Shown piece by piece: positions 61,143-64,000 of a stretch of 64,000 nucleotides of DNA (position 1 is the first letter of the stretch; every line of letters begins with the position of its first letter). Under the pieces are notes generated by a model that had not been told where the DNA came from, made no database searches, and saw only the letters and a list, made by a program, of their open reading frames with translations. The stretch is from assembly GCA_018819405.1 (NCBI GenBank), contig JAHJQF010000001.1, positions 162,097 through 226,096 of the forward strand, written 5' to 3'. Made by a program: the position numbers and the translations under genes. Source of the stretch: Patescibacteria group bacterium. Lineage in GTDB: Bacteria > Patescibacteriota > Patescibacteriia > UBA1558 > GWA2-36-10.

Positions 61143-61826
61143 ATGAAAGGTAAAGTGTGTTGGCTCAGCTTGTTGATTATGGCCATGGTCACTTTTTGGC
61201 TTATTGGCTGTGATCGCGAGGAAGCGGGAGTGGTGTCTCCCGTTGAGGTGGAGCAAGTCGTTGCCAGCCCAAGTGAGCAGGCGGAGAAAGCTTATCCACC
61301 CTATTCATTCTCGCTCAGGGTTCCGTTTCTCACGCAGGTTCCGCCTGGAGATTGGCTCAACACCAAAAACTGTGGGCAGACTTGTGCTGTCATGTTGGGT
61401 GGCTATTTTAATAATAGCCCAGTCAACTCAAGTCAAATTACAGCTCAGAATGTCTGGTTGGCAAACTATACTGGCAATTCTTGCTATAATCGGGCCAATG
61501 GTTGCGATACCTCAATTTATCGATTGAAAACGCTACTGGAACAGAAACATAAATTGCGCACTTCATATCCCGCTTGCAGTACGCTAGAGCAACTGATCAA
61601 TATAGTTGCTAGCGGTAAACCTTGTGTAGTCGGGGTGATGATCAAGAGCGGCAACTTGGTTTCAAGCGGTGGGTATCCTCATTGGGCCATTGTAGTTGGC
61701 TGGAATGGCAACGTGATCATCAATGATCCGGGCTCTTCCCGTGGCAATCATCGCAGCTATTCCATAGCCGCTTTTGATGCCTCTTGGGCAACTCAAGGCA
61801 GAACATATTTTTCTGTCTCGCGTTAG
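61143..61826 (+). CDS. C39-like cysteine peptidase lipoprotein, cassette-like
   Basis: lipobox LIGC, VPFLTQ, NCGQTC, HWAIVVG, INDP; SD AGGAG; terminator 61833-61861. Confidence 0.8.
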   Translation: MKGKVCWLSLLIMAMVTFWLIGCDREEAGVVSPVEVEQVVASPSEQAEKAYPPYSFSLRVPFLTQVPPGDWLNTKNCGQTCAVMLGGYFNNSPVNSSQITAQNVWLANYTGNSCYNRANGCDTSIYRLKTLLEQKHKLRTSYPACSTLEQLINIVASGKPCVVGVMIKSGNLVSSGGYPHWAIVVGWNGNVIINDPGSSRGNHRSYSIAAFDASWATQGRTYFSVSR

Positions 61827-61906
61827 CCTAGTGGGGCGAGTCAAATTTTTAACTCGCCCCCCATATCTTTATTATGATATAATTATTTATAGTTTAAATA
61901 TATTTT

Positions 61907-62404
61907 ATGAGTAGAAAAAAAGCACTAAAAATTTTAATAATTTTTTTGATAATAATTATTTTAGTTATTATTTATTTTTTGTTAGTCAAGAAAAAGAAAA
62001 ACAATACAATAGAGATGGTAGAAAATTTTACTTTGTATCAAGAAATAATTGATCCAAATGAAAAATCATTTGACAAATCTTGTCCCAATGAAGAATTTAA
62101 TAAATTTCTTTTACTGACGGAGCAGGGTAGTATAAAGAGTTTGAAGTTGCCGGGCGGACTACTGACAATAATAACACCAAATTATTATAATTGGAGTAAC
62201 AAAAAATTTTTGAGTTTTAATACTATTGAGCCAGAGGCATTTTGTAATGCTGGCGGGACTTATCCACTTCACGCTTATAAAGATAAGCTATTGTGGAAGC
62301 AAGGTTGTAGCACTGGCGCGATGCCCGAGCCAGACGCCCCAAATTATCAGGAGTTTATGAAGTGTATAGAAACAGAAGAAACAATTATAAATTTTTTTAA
62401 ATAG
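61907..62404 (+). CDS. hypothetical membrane-anchored protein
   Basis: N-terminal TM, four Cys. Confidence 0.6.
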   Translation: MSRKKALKILIIFLIIIILVIIYFLLVKKKKNNTIEMVENFTLYQEIIDPNEKSFDKSCPNEEFNKFLLLTEQGSIKSLKLPGGLLTIITPNYYNWSNKKFLSFNTIEPEAFCNAGGTYPLHAYKDKLLWKQGCSTGAMPEPDAPNYQEFMKCIETEETIINFFK

Positions 62405-62492
62405 AAATAGCATAGTGAAGAAAATAGAGAAATTCTTAATAATATGTTAGTGACTTTAAAATTTGTGTAATAATTATAATTAAAAACTAAAT

Positions 62493-64000
62493 ATGCAAAG
62501 AAAAGTGATTTTCCCGTTTATCGGGGCCGTCCTTTGGACGATTCTAATTTGTTTTTTCACGCTGACTTTAAAAGTTGAAGCCAGTGAAAGCGATTTGCTA
62601 TTTTCAGAGATAATGTATGACGCCTCTGGTGCTGATAGTGGTCATGAGTGGATTGAAATTTTTAATTCTGGACAGGAAGATGTGGTAGCTAGCAGTACCT
62701 GGAGATTTTTTGATGGGGCTAATCATAATATTAATCTATATCAAGGCACCACTACTATTGCTTCTCAAGAATATTTTGTTTTGGCCGACAACGCTGAGAA
62801 TTTTTTAGTTGATTATCCAGATTTTAATGGTACTGTTTTTGATACAGTGATGAGTTTGCCAAATAGTAGTTCTACTATTGGGCTGAGTTTTGACAATGGT
62901 CAGTCGTATTTAATAGAAAGTTTTTATGATGCTAGTTGGGGAGGGGGCGATGGCTTTTCTCTGGAGAAAATTTTAGAGACATGGCAACAATCCTGTTTGT
63001 TAGGAGGTAGTCCTGGTGTTGCCAACCAAGAATGTGAAACAGATGAGCCTAGTCAGGATAGTGAACCAGAAATAAATTATTGGTCGCAGATTGTAATTTC
63101 AGAATTTTTACCTAATCCAGAAGGTAGCGACGACAATGAATGGATTGAATTGTATAATCTAGGCCCAGAAATAATTGACCTATCTGGCTTTGTACTAGGC
63201 GATGATTCTAGCCGGCGCTTTACATTAGATCAAGACGCGGGTATTGATTTAGGGCTGTTACCAAATAGCTATTTAGTGGTTTATAAAAATATAAGTGGCA
63301 TATCTTTGAATAATTCTGGTACAGACTCGGTCAGGCTATATACGCCAGAAGAAATACTACAAGAAAGAGTAGAGTATAATGGTCCGGCTTTGGAAAATAG
63401 AAGCTATGCCAGAAGTGATAGTGGTTTTGTCTGGACCAAAAATCCTACTCCTGGCCAAGCCAATCAAATAGTAGAAAATCAGGCTCCAATTGCCCAGATT
63501 TTGGCAGAAGGAACTTTTAATATTAGCCAAAAGATTAGTTTTTCGGGGGAAAACTCTAGTGACCCAGAAGGGGAAGATTTGGACTATTTCTGGGATTTTG
63601 GGGATGGTCAGACCAGCTCCAAGGCCAGCTTGACTCACAAATTTGAACAAGCTGGACATTATACAATAGTATTGACCGTAACTGATCCTGAGGGACTTGG
63701 TGATAGGGCAGAATTTGTCATAGATATTTATCCTATAAATGAGACAAGTCAGGATATTACGGAAGTAGAGAAGGTACAAAGTGAAGAAAAAATTTTTGAA
63801 ACAAATTTGGTTGAGGATGATTTGATAATTTCAGAAATAATGCCCAATCCCAAAGGCAGTGATGATAATGAATGGATTGAGCTGTACAATGCTACGGATA
63901 ATGATATAAATTTGTTTGACTGGAGCATAGACGATGCAGAGGGAGGGTCCAAGCCATATCAATTTGCTACCACAACCATAAAGGCTAATAGCTTTTTAAT
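62493..64000 (+). CDS. secreted lamin-tail-domain + PKD-domain protein (runs off the window)
   Basis: signal peptide; FSEIMYD..EWIEIFN, ISEFLPNP..EWIELYN, WDFGDG (PKD), third ISEIMPNP. Confidence 0.85.
   Translation, partial: MQRKVIFPFIGAVLWTILICFFTLTLKVEASESDLLFSEIMYDASGADSGHEWIEIFNSGQEDVVASSTWRFFDGANHNINLYQGTTTIASQEYFVLADNAENFLVDYPDFNGTVFDTVMSLPNSSSTIGLSFDNGQSYLIESFYDASWGGGDGFSLEKILETWQQSCLLGGSPGVANQECETDEPSQDSEPEINYWSQIVISEFLPNPEGSDDNEWIELYNLGPEIIDLSGFVLGDDSSRRFTLDQDAGIDLGLLPNSYLVVYKNISGISLNNSGTDSVRLYTPEEILQERVEYNGPALENRSYARSDSGFVWTKNPTPGQANQIVENQAPIAQILAEGTFNISQKISFSGENSSDPEGEDLDYFWDFGDGQTSSKASLTHKFEQAGHYTIVLTVTDPEGLGDRAEFVIDIYPINETSQDITEVEKVQSEEKIFETNLVEDDLIISEIMPNPKGSDDNEWIELYNATDNDINLFDWSIDDAEGGSKPYQFATTTIKANSFL

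Noticed and set aside
1-64000. CRISPR array, integron attC array, prophage, IS transposase, reverse transcriptase/DGR
   Set aside because: No regularly spaced repeats, GTTRRRY-bounded sites, or cas/integrase/transposase/RT genes were seen
1-64000. Alternative genetic code (UGA=Gly as in Gracilibacteria/Absconditabacteria)
   Set aside because: Long conserved genes translate fully under code 11, and TGA acts as a stop in ATGA overlaps (22187, 23557, 43702)

Overview
A 64-kb, AT-rich bacterial chromosome segment spanning the replication origin (dnaN-oriC-dnaA-rpmH-rnpA-yidD-yidC). Gene content points to a Patescibacteria/CPR (Parcubacteria-like) genome: a stand-alone rpoBC, an array of VirB2/TrbC-like pilins, GT-C glycosyltransferases, a short MurE and many core genes without an obvious Shine-Dalgarno. 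That assignment is inference. Core genes include rpsT, a cytidylyltransferase-TruB fusion, PBP1A, tyrS, ruvA, ruvC, recA, ftsK, rpoB/C, trxA/B, gdhA, rnhB, ssb and tRNA-Arg(CCT), plus a glycogen cluster with no glgC in the window. The most interesting signals are non-coding. (1) A family of small elements bounded by CCCGTTAGAAAT/ATTTCTAACGGG inverted repeats sits directly at start codons; one copy carries a decayed GIY-YIG nuclease. (2) About seven GC-richer single-gene cassettes have their own Shine-Dalgarno and mostly their own sigma70 promoter; three end in a related, covarying terminator hairpin. (3) Several unannotated, highly structured RNAs are present, most strikingly a ~290-nt transcript at 45512-45803 whose first domain has a tRNA-like GGGGCUG/CAGCCCC-ACCA acceptor stem. 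All calls were made by eye; no database search or folding program was run.
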